A stretch of 63,834 nucleotides of DNA, filler included, from Octopus bimaculoides (taxonomy: Eukaryota), in the NCBI RefSeq assembly GCF_001194135.2. It is 8 parts of 8 records of this genome, joined end to end, with 100 filler letters (N's around TTAATTAATTAA, not from the genome) between each part and the next. Parts side by side here need not be neighbours in the genome. Positions count along the whole stretch, not along the records: positions 50,928 to 62,279 come from NC_068984.1; positions 62,380 to 63,834 come from NW_026396944.1; 6 more parts are not named here. One strand, written 5' to 3'. Under the pieces are notes generated by a model. That model saw nothing but the letters and a program-made list of their open reading frames with translations, had not been told where the DNA came from and did not search any database. Shown one piece after another: positions 52,890 to 63,834 of the stretch (position 1 is the stretch's first letter; the number at the start of each line of letters is the position of its first letter). The translations under genes were made by a program, and so were the position numbers.

Positions 52890-55800
52890 TGACAAACATA
52901 AGGCCTATAAGCAATGTTTAGTCCATCCTCCAGCACAAATTGTGTGTTTCTCTCTCTCTCTCTCTCTCTTCGTCTTAGATACATCTCCAGAGACGAAGTC
53001 AGAATTTAAAGTTAGGGGAGCAAGCAAATCGAAAAAAAAAAAAAAGGCGCCATGACACATGCCAAACAATTTTTAATTCATTTCTCTTATATTACGTGAA
53101 ATATTTCATTAGTTATATTACATAATTGTATTCTACATTCACTAATTTCATGTTTCAATAACAATGCCATTATGAATGAAACTTCATCTACCGATATATG
53201 TGTGATGTGAAAAAGACGAAACTCCACGGGATAGTCCAGTGTTGAGTGGTTATGACGTCAGGGTTTGGTTTGGTTCTTCAGATGTCAGCAGCCACCAACA
53301 CACATCACAGGAGATTGAATAGACAGTTCAAAAATACGGGAGGTTGGTCAAATAAAATATTGATCCCAGATAGTTTTTTTCCAAGGCCATGCGATTAACA
53401 AAAAAGAAAAAAAAACATTCAACTTTTATCGTACAAGTGAACTAAAGAGTTTTTTTTTTAAATGGTTGAAAAAGGTGCCAATTTTGAAAAAAGTGCTCGG
53501 GTGGGGGTGGGGGGCGGTCGCTCCTCCTTGCTCCCCTATCAGCTAAGCAATGTGTATCCACATATTCTACGTAGATTCAAAAGCCACTGCTGTCAAACTT
53601 CCAGTTGGCCATCGACACACATCAAGATCTGAGACACAAATACGTACCTCTCTCCCTCTCTCCACCCCAGTCTCTTGCTCATCCGAGTTAGTAGATCTTG
53701 TGCCATTTTTGAATCGTCATCACTCCTCCTTTTGCCACCCATATTATGTCTGCCCCTTAGATCTTCCGCTAATTACTTATTATGACCCTTCCCATAGACA
53801 TCATCCTTCTGGAATTGTCTCCCAGTCTATATTCCCATAAGTTATCAACTTGTAGTGATTCAATAAGAAATAAATTACAACAGTCATTGGTGACTATCAT
53901 TTGCATTAACTGCCCCTTCTTCCAAACCAAATCATATAACAAAAATAGCATTCAAATCTTTCCTAAATAAAACCCCCAATCTTAAAAGCTGGACATATTA
54001 GTTAACGCAGTGTTAGATACACTCTGACAAAAATAGATAAAATAATCGTTTCTAACATAAGCTCAAGGCTACAAGTTTCAGAAGAGGGGAACAGTCGATT
54101 ATATCTGACTCAAGTACTTCACTAACGCTATATTTTATCGACCACAAAAGGATGAAAGGCAAAGTCAACTTTACCGAGGTTTGAATTTAGATCGAAAAGA
54201 GCCGGAACAAATACTGCAAGGTATTTTGTCCGGAAACCTTTGATCATAGATTAATTCGATCACGATTGATATGGTTCTAAACAATAACAAACAAGCTGTT
54301 AAGGATTAGTTGTCGGAGAAAACTTAGTATTTCAACCTCCACGTACGTACAATTAACCAAGGTAAAACAGAAAGTGAATTTATTTGAAGAAGCAAAACCC
54401 AGTAAGCTTAAATGGAGTGTTAAATAGTGAGTTAAGTGGTTTAAGAGTAAGATATTTGATCGTCAAGTAGGAAGAAAGTACGGGTAAACCCCAAAGGAAG
54501 GGATAAAGAGAAGGGAGAAAGAGAGACAGAAAGGTGAGTAGATATAAAGATGAGGGGAGGGGAGGAATAGAAGAAGAAAACTATATTGGAGCGTGGCAGT
54601 GGATTCTTGTTTAAAAACATAGAAAGCCTCTGGAAATCATGTTAGTATAACCTTTAGTGAAAGCTACAACGAATATCGATGTGTTGCGTGTGTACGTGTG
54701 TATGATTTAGATAACAAATAGCGTGGATACTTGGAATATTTTCGGAAGAGTGGCTTGGAAACATAAAGAAGAGGAGAAGGAGAGAGAGAGAAGCAGACAG
54801 TCAGAGTTTTCATAATTAAATTGTGTCGGGAGAAGAAACACCAGACTGAGAGGAAGGGGGTGGGGGGACTGTAATTATCATAGAAATATACTTCTGTAGA
54901 GTGTGCACGGATGAGAAGAAGGAATTGCGTGTGAGTGAGAACGCGTGAGGATGTGTGAGTATGTGATGGTGTTTGAGTGAAATACGTTGCGCGCGCGCGT
55001 GTCCATCTGTTTCCGTGTGCTTTTGTGTGTGTAAGTATGTGTCTGGTTATTTGCCTATATGCCTGCTTTTATGTGTGTGTCTCTTATGCTTGCTTGTATG
55101 TATGCGTTTTTCTACTTCAGTGTGTCCCGCTTTATGCTTCGTGTATCTGTGCGCGTGGCTGTGTATTGTGCGTGTGTGCATGCTTACATATGTATGTTTA
55201 GTTGTGAATGTACTGTTTTCTTGTGTATATGTATATGTACATATTGACAAAGAGTTTGATTGTGCTTTTGCCTGTTTACTTGAATTTTCTATTCATTTAT
55301 TTATTCGTTTTATCTACATTTCTTCGAGACTGTTACCTGTGTATGTATGTGTGTATGTGGTCCTGTCATGCCCGATAGCACAGTGTCGTCAAGAAAATGA
55401 AAGGTTGGATGAGATGAGTGGAAGTTAACCAGAATATGAAATAATGAGAGATTAACGTATTGTTGATACACGAAGATGAGGGAAGAAGTGTATAGTTGCA
55501 AACATGTGCAAACTTGCTAGAGGTGAAAATGATGCATCTAAGAAACCATTTAGTGGACACGATCAACAAAAGGCTAATATTTCGTAGCCGAAGCTAACTG
55601 TTTCTCAACTGCTTAATGCTGAGAAAGCTGAAATAAGCACTGACAAACACACCGCCCCGCCCCCCTTCAACGTCCCTCGGAGACAAGAATTTATACAGCT
55701 CAATCAGTCCTTACCACCCAACACCATCTACACCCAATACTTTCTCTACTCTTTGGTAAATTTTACAATGCCATTCCCCAAACCAGACAATTCTGTAAGC

Positions 55801-57887
55801 AGCACACTAGCATAAAGTCAGTCACACATGCACTCCTTGTTTCGACAGTGCGCGCACGCACGCACACACACTCACTTAGAATCTCATTATCCACACCAAA
55901 TGGATGCATACAACCACTTAACCGAAAACAAGCTACGTTCCAGCTTCACTCTCAGTGGTCTCAAGCTGCAGCCACCATCTCCATCATCACAAAATTTTTA
56001 AACTTTATTTCCACTCGGAAATAGAAACAAGTCGTACAATCAAACAACAGGAAACCTCTTTGATTGTTCCAAACTATCGATCAAGAAATTCTCTGCATCA
56101 ACATATGTACATTAATAGAAAGCTTCATAAAACACTTTTTTTTTTACTACTTTACCTTAAATCTTTGCACCTTTTCAGTGATTAAAAATATAGTTCTACA
56201 AAGAGCTAAATAATTCAGTGATCTTCTCTGCAGAATCACATACGAATACTTCGGAAGACTTTGTCACACAGTAAAATAGTTGTCTTTGCTTTTGGCTATG
56301 TGAGTCACGAAAACTTTCAGTCAATGGTACTTCACCCAACCCTAAAAACCAGACTGCCAACTTCAACCCAACTCGTGTTGAAAGTGTTCTGATAACTTGT
56401 GATGTGTATCTCGTCGTTTCTCCCTCTCTAATATCGACAATTATAACCTGATCGTTGTACCCTCTAATCGCATGTCTTCTTATTCAGATGACAGCATGCT
56501 ACACTGTTGCAATCAGATCCCAACCTTTAAGCAACCTCAACACCTTCGAAGGAGGATGTGCATACTCCTCGGAAATATTCTGTTGCATCAATTTGTGCAA
56601 CGCAGATTACCGTACATGGAAAATAAATATCTAACACACAACCTTATCCTCAATACTATCAAACACATTTCACAATTCCTAAATTCCCTACAGATACGTA
56701 CTAAGTTCAATTTTCTCTGATGAACTCTAACATCACACACACACACACGTCGACCGTGAATAGCAGCGAACTCACTCAAGACGAAATTTTGCCAAAATTC
56801 TGGAGAATGGACTCAGACCACTAAGACGATGCACTCACCAAAAAACATCCACATTCCAGACTTCCATTAAAAAAACAATAAAAATAAAACACTGCTCTCC
56901 GATCAGTAAACTTCGGCAATGTTACTTTCTTTTTTAATCATTTATCCGCCATACAGCTGTTCTCTTCTTCACCCCTCTATCTTTATCTAGATAACACAAA
57001 GGTCTCTGTTTATCTGCATTAAGTAGAGTGTTTATATTATCTATGTAAACTTTGATTCTCAATTATTTCATCTATTTGTTTTCTTCTAGATACTCCGTCT
57101 GTGCCTTACTCTTAAATCTTGCCTTCTCTCAGTTTTATCTAAAATTTGCTTACTTAAAAACTCAACCCCAGTTCAAAATCAAAACTGACCATATTAACTT
57201 CACTCGGTTAAGTTCATAAAAGTCTGATGTTCTACCGCTTAGAGCTCGGCAAACAAAACTTGTTTTCAAATAAAAACGAGAACCAACTTAAGATGTAGCG
57301 AAAAGAGAGTTTTGATGTTTATAATTTTTTCGAGGATCACTATGAATGTAATTAGAAATCAACCAGGAATTGGCACTAAGTTATTAAACGAGCCAACGAG
57401 GGTACCGTTGCCTGTACACTCAACTTGCTAGAAATAACAGACAAATCCCATTTCAATAAAAGGTGGTGTATATTGGATAACGTAGCTCTACATACCCCCT
57501 ATCTGGAAAAAGACAGGATGGTAATGGCTGGAACGCCTTTAATAGTTGTTATTTATTTATTTTTTATCAGAACTGATTTGGGAACTAAACAACAACAGCC
57601 TGTTGTCAGAGGTGCATTGAAAAACAGGTACTACTCATAATTAATTGAAACAAGCCTCTTGGTATTTCTTAGTTATCGATGAAATTTCTAAGGTTTTTTT
57701 TTATCAATGATGTTTTCATTTTTATAATAGTTGTGCCCACTGAAGTTAGCGATTACTCGTTGGTCACAAAATCAATATTGAAGCAGTGGAAAAATGGTTC
57801 TTCGCTTTCATCTTGGTCTTTTTACTTTAGCTTGTTGATGTCAAATATGATATGCAGTCACGGTTTCTTTCAGTACACGCCAATGCT

Positions 57888-58036
57888 CACTAGCATAGCT
57901 GGAGAATGGAGCGTAGGGGCGGTCCGCCCCAGGCGGTACTTTTGGGTCTGCTGAAGGTAATATATGTTTTTTGTGGGGTCCGGGGCGGCAAACGGAAGGG
58001 CTGCCTCGGGTGACATACACTCTAGCTACGCTAGTA
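57888..58036. mobile_element. GC-rich MITE, 149 bp, 8-bp TSD (hAT-like)
   Basis: TIRs CACTAGCATAGCTGGA / TCTAGCTACGCTAGTA and perfect TSD CCAATGCT (57880-57887, 58037-58044). Confidence 0.82.
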
Positions 58037-58654
58037 CCAATGCTGACGGTCTTCAGCTACAAGTAGTTTGGAGGGGATATTGAATAATTTGACATCGAAA
58101 CCTTGGTTTTGATGTATATGCGATGAAAATCAAGAATGAATCCTAACTTCGAGTGAAGATTTTTTTCTCGACATACAGCACCCTAAACCGAAGTATCCAC
58201 ACATCTATAACCATAATCTATGACCTACAATAAGCTGACTAGAATGCTGTACCAATTTTAACAGAATTTTATCAACAAACCACTTCCAATGTATTTTTTC
58301 GGGCATGCAAGATGTTTTACCCAAAATAGAAAAACCTCTTAAAACGATTATTTATAGCGAACGAAATGAAAGTTTTATCCTTAACCTATCTCGGCAGCAC
58401 TTTATTCAACTCCTGTTCCCTCGAAGAAAAACATTGGTAATTGACAGCAAGCAGCTCATTTCGCAGTGTCTTTCACAACCGTTGTCTGAGTCTCAAAATA
58501 AGCCTTGGTGATTAGGCTGTTGTACTCTCGCACTGCTCTCTGGCTGTTTAATTTGGACAGCAAATACGTCAAAATACATCGAGGCCAAACTGCGATTGGT
58601 CAGAAACAACAAATATGCTGGCCCCACCCACCAAAAAATATATAAATTAAGAAA

Positions 58655-58962
58655 CTTTCTTTGTAGCCACATGGTTTTGGGTTCAGTCCCACTGCGTGGC
58701 ACCTTGGGCAAGTGCCTTCTACTATATCACCGGGCCGAATAATGCCTTGTGAGTGAATTTGTGGAGGCCCGTCGTGCATATATATATATATATTAGTGTG
58801 TGTGTGTGTGTCTGAGCCCACCTCCCACCACTAGACAACCGGTGTTGGTTTGTTAATGTCTCTATAAGTGTGGTTCGGCAAGAGACCGATAGAATACAGA
58901 TTTTTTTAAAAAAAGTATTGGCATCTGTTCGACTAAATCTTTCATAGCGGTGCCCCAGCATG
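58655..58962 (+). mobile_element. CORE-type SINE (OR-like), older copy
   Basis: GGTTTTGGGTTCAGTCCCACTGCGTGGCACCTTGGGCAAGTG plus the family body. Confidence 0.8.
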
Positions 58963-60383
58963 GAGAAAAGAAATACAAATAATCACTGAAAAACATCAAC
59001 TTTGATGGCTAGGGTAGCTGCTCTCAACTCACGAATACCATGCGTTCGCAAAATATTAGAAGAAAGTTTGTTTTTTTGTTTTTTTATTTTTACCACCCCA
59101 CTCTTTATTCATGAAAAGATAAGCTAGTCTGCATCCGTATAGTTCATTCTTATCGACAATGTTAGATAAGGGAAAACAGTTTAAAAACCATCTTAATTTC
59201 ATTACACGTGCTAATTTTTTGGATTTTTCTGCAGGCCTCAGAAACCAACCCTACACCACCGCCTATCAGAAACATGGGACTAGGGTATGTACAGATTACA
59301 GACACACCAATGCCTAACAGAGACACCACACAAAGAGAATACTTTAAAAAATCAAGAATATCTGGTAGTAAAGTTTAATCGTAAAAGATTTAATATGTGC
59401 AACTTTAAAAAATGCTTAGCTATACAATTTAGAGTAATTTCTCTTCATAATTTATTTTTCAAAATTCAACGTTAAACAACTACAACGGTTTCTCTAGAGG
59501 CTTTTTGAAGTAAACTGTATAATTATTTAATCAGACTGAGAGTTTAATTACAAATCAAAACTGCTGGAAAAAAAAATTGTAGAAATCTCTGTCGAAGAAT
59601 CGTTTTCTTTTCCTGTGTATGAAAGATCTTATATCAGTACGTGCGTCACCGAGAGAGCATTGGTGGGAGAGAGACGGAATTAGACGAGAGGGTAAAATGA
59701 GAAGAGAAAGAAAGAGTTGATTATATATATATATTTTTTAATGCAAAATTGAGGAAATGAGTAATTCACATTGAGAAGTCCTATGTTGTATCATATTACC
59801 AAAACTTTCCATGTATTGATCAGGTCTCATTTGACTGAGGGCTGGGGGTACGAGCTATATTATTTTACTTAGCCGCTACAAAATATCAGTGAGTAGAAGA
59901 TAATTTTAATGGGGGTTCATTTTTTTGTTTGTTCTTTTTTTAATGGTTTAAATTAGAGTAGAATAGGAATAACCTTAAGCCATTTTCAGACCCTCCGAAT
60001 GTGATGAGAGAAAGTGGGGGTGTTATTCTCAGACTGGCAACTTGGCTCGAATGCTTCCAACAGAGTGGACTTCGCTAAAGGCACCCAACGGCTAAGTGAT
60101 GGTATTAAACAAGGCGGCAAATTAAGTCTACAAGTGAAGAACAGGTACAAATAGGTTTCTGTCTACTCAATTTCACACATAAAGCTTAGATAGATTCGAG
60201 GCTATAGTAGGACCAAACACGAAACCACGAGAGCGAAGCGAATTTATGAGCCACGCAACCTGTCTTAAGTCAATTCAACGAATGACTCATATAAAAATAC
60301 TTTTTTTTTACAAATCATTGGTATAAAAAGAGAGGAAACGGTGAGATCAAATTTTACTTTCTAGTAGAAAACACTTCCTAAGG

Positions 60384-61087
60384 CAGTGCTCCGCAACCGG
60401 TGTGTTACGATACGATGCTAGGTGTGCCGCAGTGTAACCCGTATATAATTTTTGGGGTTTGACGGGCAACATTTGTTTTCTTAACGAAACACTTTCAAAC
60501 TTGGGACACTGGTAGAATGTGTCATATAAAACAATTTCTTCTCTTAACCTTCTTAACAAAAAATTGTACATCGCAAGTTTATTTCATGTTAAAGTTGTCC
60601 GTATTTCTGTAATTTCAACCAATCAGTGACGTCTATTCAGCTGAATACAGTTACTGTTGTTCGGTGTCAAAACCCTAAAGCTAAAACCAGTACAAACGCA
60701 TGAACGATGTCATAAATAAGAGTAACACGAGTAGTTGTTGACAAACAACGGGACTAATTTTATTCAAGGGAAAAGATCCCATGACACCGTTACGGCATTA
60801 ATTGTTTTCACCTCAATAGACGTCAGTGATTGGTTGAAATTACCGAAATACGACAATTTTTTACATAAAATAACTTCGAATACAACATTTTTTATCTGTT
60901 CTATACCACAAAATATACAAATATTCGAAGTTTGAAAGTGTTTCGGTACCAAAAACACTACAAAAAAAATGTTACCCGTCAAACCCCAAAGATCCTAATT
61001 TTTTAAATATTTTTAGTTTCGGTGTGCCGCCGAATTTTGAAAAGATTAATACGTGTACCGCAAGTGAAGAAAGGTAGCGGAGCACTG
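60384..61087. mobile_element. hAT non-autonomous element containing a nested or internal long-IR MITE (about 60451-60990)
   Basis: Outer TIRs CAGTGCTCCGCAACC / GGTAGCGGAGCACTG with TSD TCCTAAGG/CCATAAGG (6 of 8). Inner IRs TTTGGGGTTTGACGGG(C/T)AAC. Confidence 0.8.
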
Positions 61088-62137
61088 CCATAAGGTACTG
61101 CACAATGGAATCGAAGTTGATACTACGTAGTTGCAAAGCTGATTTCAGAACCACACAAACATGCTTGTGGCCCGATAAACAGAGTTCAGTAACGCTGCAC
61201 TAACACCTTGCATAACGTTTGCAAAACTATTTGAAAGTTGTTGGAAGAAATTTAACAAGATTCAAACTGTTGCTAAGAATTTGATTGAATGTTTTATATT
61301 TTTTTAACTTAAGTTATGCTCACTTACCTCGTCGTCCTCTAACTACTCCCGTGTCTTATTTTTTTAGTTAAGGTATTCCAAGTGTTGATACACCATTTCC
61401 AATGTTTTTTTTCTCGTTATGGAATTTCCAGAGATGGGATAGTGCGCCATTCACGCAGACAATTTTCCTACTTCACCAGTTGATTATAACACCCAAAACT
61501 GCATACCAAAAAAATCGCCACTTATATCTTCCACTCAAAGCTCAAACTAAATATTAATTGTGTTAATCTTACTAGTTGTCAATTAGGCCAGTTGTTCCTT
61601 GAGTTATTTTGTGGTGGAACTTTGTACATTTTCCCAAAAGCCTATATCTATATTTTAGTCAATACTTCCACCCTAATTTATAAGACTTTAAATGAAAAAT
61701 AAATTGTATAAAGAGGATTTATTAATAAAAACACGTTATTTTAAAAAATAATGAATATTTTGGTACTTTTTGGTTATCTCACCCCCATTAAAAAATTGGG
61801 TTATCTCCCCAAGTTTTATGAGAAATATTGGTACTTTTGGTTTTCATTCCCTACAAATACGTACTAAGATACGTAACCACTACGCCATATGCCCACTCCT
61901 CTTTGGTCCCAACAACAACAGAGAGTTTAATCTCGCATCTAGTATTTCAAGGCCGTTGGAAACCCATTAACCACCTTGAATCAGTCTCTTTTAGTCCTCA
62001 GACACTAACAGAACTGGCAGGTCGATAAGAGTCGTCGTGCGACTTACTAACCCCAAGATTCCGAGTTCGATTCCAATAATAATAACAACATCGAAAAATA
62101 ACTTAGGAATGAGAACCCAGGTTCGAAATTTCCCCAA

Positions 62138-62184
62138 GACACTTGAAGAAGGCTGGAGGGTATATCAGCCGAAACGTTTGTGTT
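62138..62184 (+). ncRNA. Degenerate minimal type I hammerhead motif of Penelope-like type
   Basis: GACAC / UUGAAGA / A / GGCUG-GAGGGUAUAU-CAGCC / GAA / ACGU / U / (U) / GUGUU. C3 is replaced by U and there is one extra U. Confidence 0.65.
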
Positions 62185-62279
62185 AACAACAAACAAGATG
62201 AGGACAAATATCCGTCGAATATAAATAATGTAAACAAATAGCTTTTTATTAAATTTTATCAAAACAAACCTTATATTAC

Positions 62280-62379
62280 NNNNNNNNNNNNNNNNNNNNN
62301 NNNNNNNNNNNNNNNNNNNNNNNTTAATTAATTAANNNNNNNNNNNNNNNNNNNNNNNNNNNNNNNNNNNNNNNNNNNN
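62280..62379. other. Artificial join: N44-TTAATTAATTAA-N44
   Basis: Same spacer. Confidence 0.97.
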
Positions 62380-63834
62380 TAGGAGGTGTCTAAGTAGCGT
62401 GTGGATATTGCATTGTTGCGGAAGATTAGTGAGGAAAGAAGGCTCAGGTGATCAGCAGAAGAGGAACAATTTGGTCGGACAATCATGATTGTTGAGACAG
62501 ACTGATAATAAAGCAGAGAAACACTATCAATAAATATTACAATGTTGCAATTTGTTCAAAAGCTACAGATTCAGAGAACGAGAGACAGGAGAGGCGCTTA
62601 GGTAGCAACGTTTGATAGGCCATTCGCATTGTAGATTCCCAGTGCAAGCTGTCTTTCCCAAAACGTCTATAAAACGCGATATTCATAGTGAGTGACGGTA
62701 ATATAGTAGGTTTCCAATGGCTCTGAAAAAAAAAACATACGGACGTTCATTACGAGAAAGTAGCATGTGAAAAGGGGGAGATATAGATTTAAGGCTATTT
62801 AGTAAGGTATTTTAAAGTATATCTCCATTGATTTGGACACCTTAAACTTCAGATCACTATAGAGAACGATTGCTGGGCCTGTGAGCATTATTTACTTTGG
62901 GATGGAACAAACCATGCAAATATGGTTTCTCTTTTGAAAGATAATTTTCAGTCAACTCAAAATAACGTACAATAAAAATGCTTATGTCTACTACCGCAAT
63001 TTCATGTAAAAATGAAGCATCTATAGTTTCTCTCATATAAATATTTTTCTGATGACTTTTGGGGATTTATGGTCAGCCATATCAGTGATATTACTTTTCA
63101 CGGTAGTCGCTCAGACATAGTAAATATACAAAATAATCACACAATGCAAGTTATGGACTATTTTATGAGACAGGTACCTCAACATGTAATGTAATGATGT
63201 GCAGAGTTATTAAGTACAAAATGAGATCAAAAGTATATGTATAGAATAATCAAAATATTTTGTTCTCTACTAACATACAGTTATTAGACAAATCGAGAAC
63301 TTACATTCTATACAACATACACACAATTCATTACTACGGAAGATTTGTATACATATGATAATTTATTTCTTCTGATAGATTCCGCTGATCTTGGAAATTA
63401 AAATTAGAGTTTACCAGGAATATTAGTTAATTAAGTAAACAAAATCATATAAAATATATTTGACATGTTAAAATTAATACTGCCATATATGATATTTGTA
63501 GTATTATCAAGAAGTTATAATTTGGTTTTAAAATGTATTAATGTTATACATGAATCCTAAAGCAAATAATCAATAACCTACATCAAAATACAGAACTAAA
63601 AGTTTATCAGCATCTGAAAACGAATTTTCAACAACGTATATCTAATACCATGCGACTGTACTGTAATACCATGCGACTGTACTGTTAGATCTTCTTCAGA
63701 GAACAATTATATTGTAAGAGAACATTGAACAAAATTTTATCACATGCCATGATTACACATGATCACCTGAGCCTTCTTTCCTCCCTAATCTTCCGCAACA
63801 ATGCAATATCCACACGCTACTTAGACACCTCCTA
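62380..63834. repeat. 1455-bp segment bounded by 75-bp inverted repeats (62380-62454 and 63760-63834)
   Basis: The two ends are reverse complements with a single mismatch (position 62430). Confidence 0.95.

Noticed and set aside
7232-62335. Seven identical TTAATTAATTAA palindromes spaced through the window, superficially CRISPR-like or regulatory
   Set aside because: Each sits exactly in the middle of a 100-nt N gap (44+12+44) and gives stops in six frames. It is a pipeline linker, and adjacency across these joins carries no biological meaning.

Overview
AT-rich, repeat-dense animal genomic DNA. The SINE, LINE and microsatellite content looks like an octopod cephalopod (Octopus-like); this is inferred from memory of those repeat families, not from a search. 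The window is not one continuous locus. It is eight segments (1-7187, 7288-15353, 15454-22044, 22145-29092, 29193-39909, 40010-50827, 50928-62279, 62380-63834) joined by artificial 100-nt spacers (N44-TTAATTAATTAA-N44), with about ten further N gaps inside segments. The only confidently recognisable host gene is the last four exons of DLST (2-oxoglutarate dehydrogenase E2) on the minus strand at 12943-14840. A candidate housekeeping promoter and first exon lies at about 44480-44545. The rest is mobile DNA: Merlin, maT (DD37D), mariner and hAT remnants, several MITEs with TIRs and TSDs, RTE and CR1 LINE fragments, and at least four SINE-like families. The most interesting signals are type I hammerhead ribozyme motifs in unrelated repeats (best at 14984-15036 in a DLST intron, and at 62138-62184), an RTE LINE 3' end with three tandem C2H2 fingers, a 317-bp foldback, a head-to-tail SINE array, and a 1455-bp contig bounded by 75-bp inverted repeats. 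Most ORFs in the supplied track are microsatellite or N-gap artefacts.
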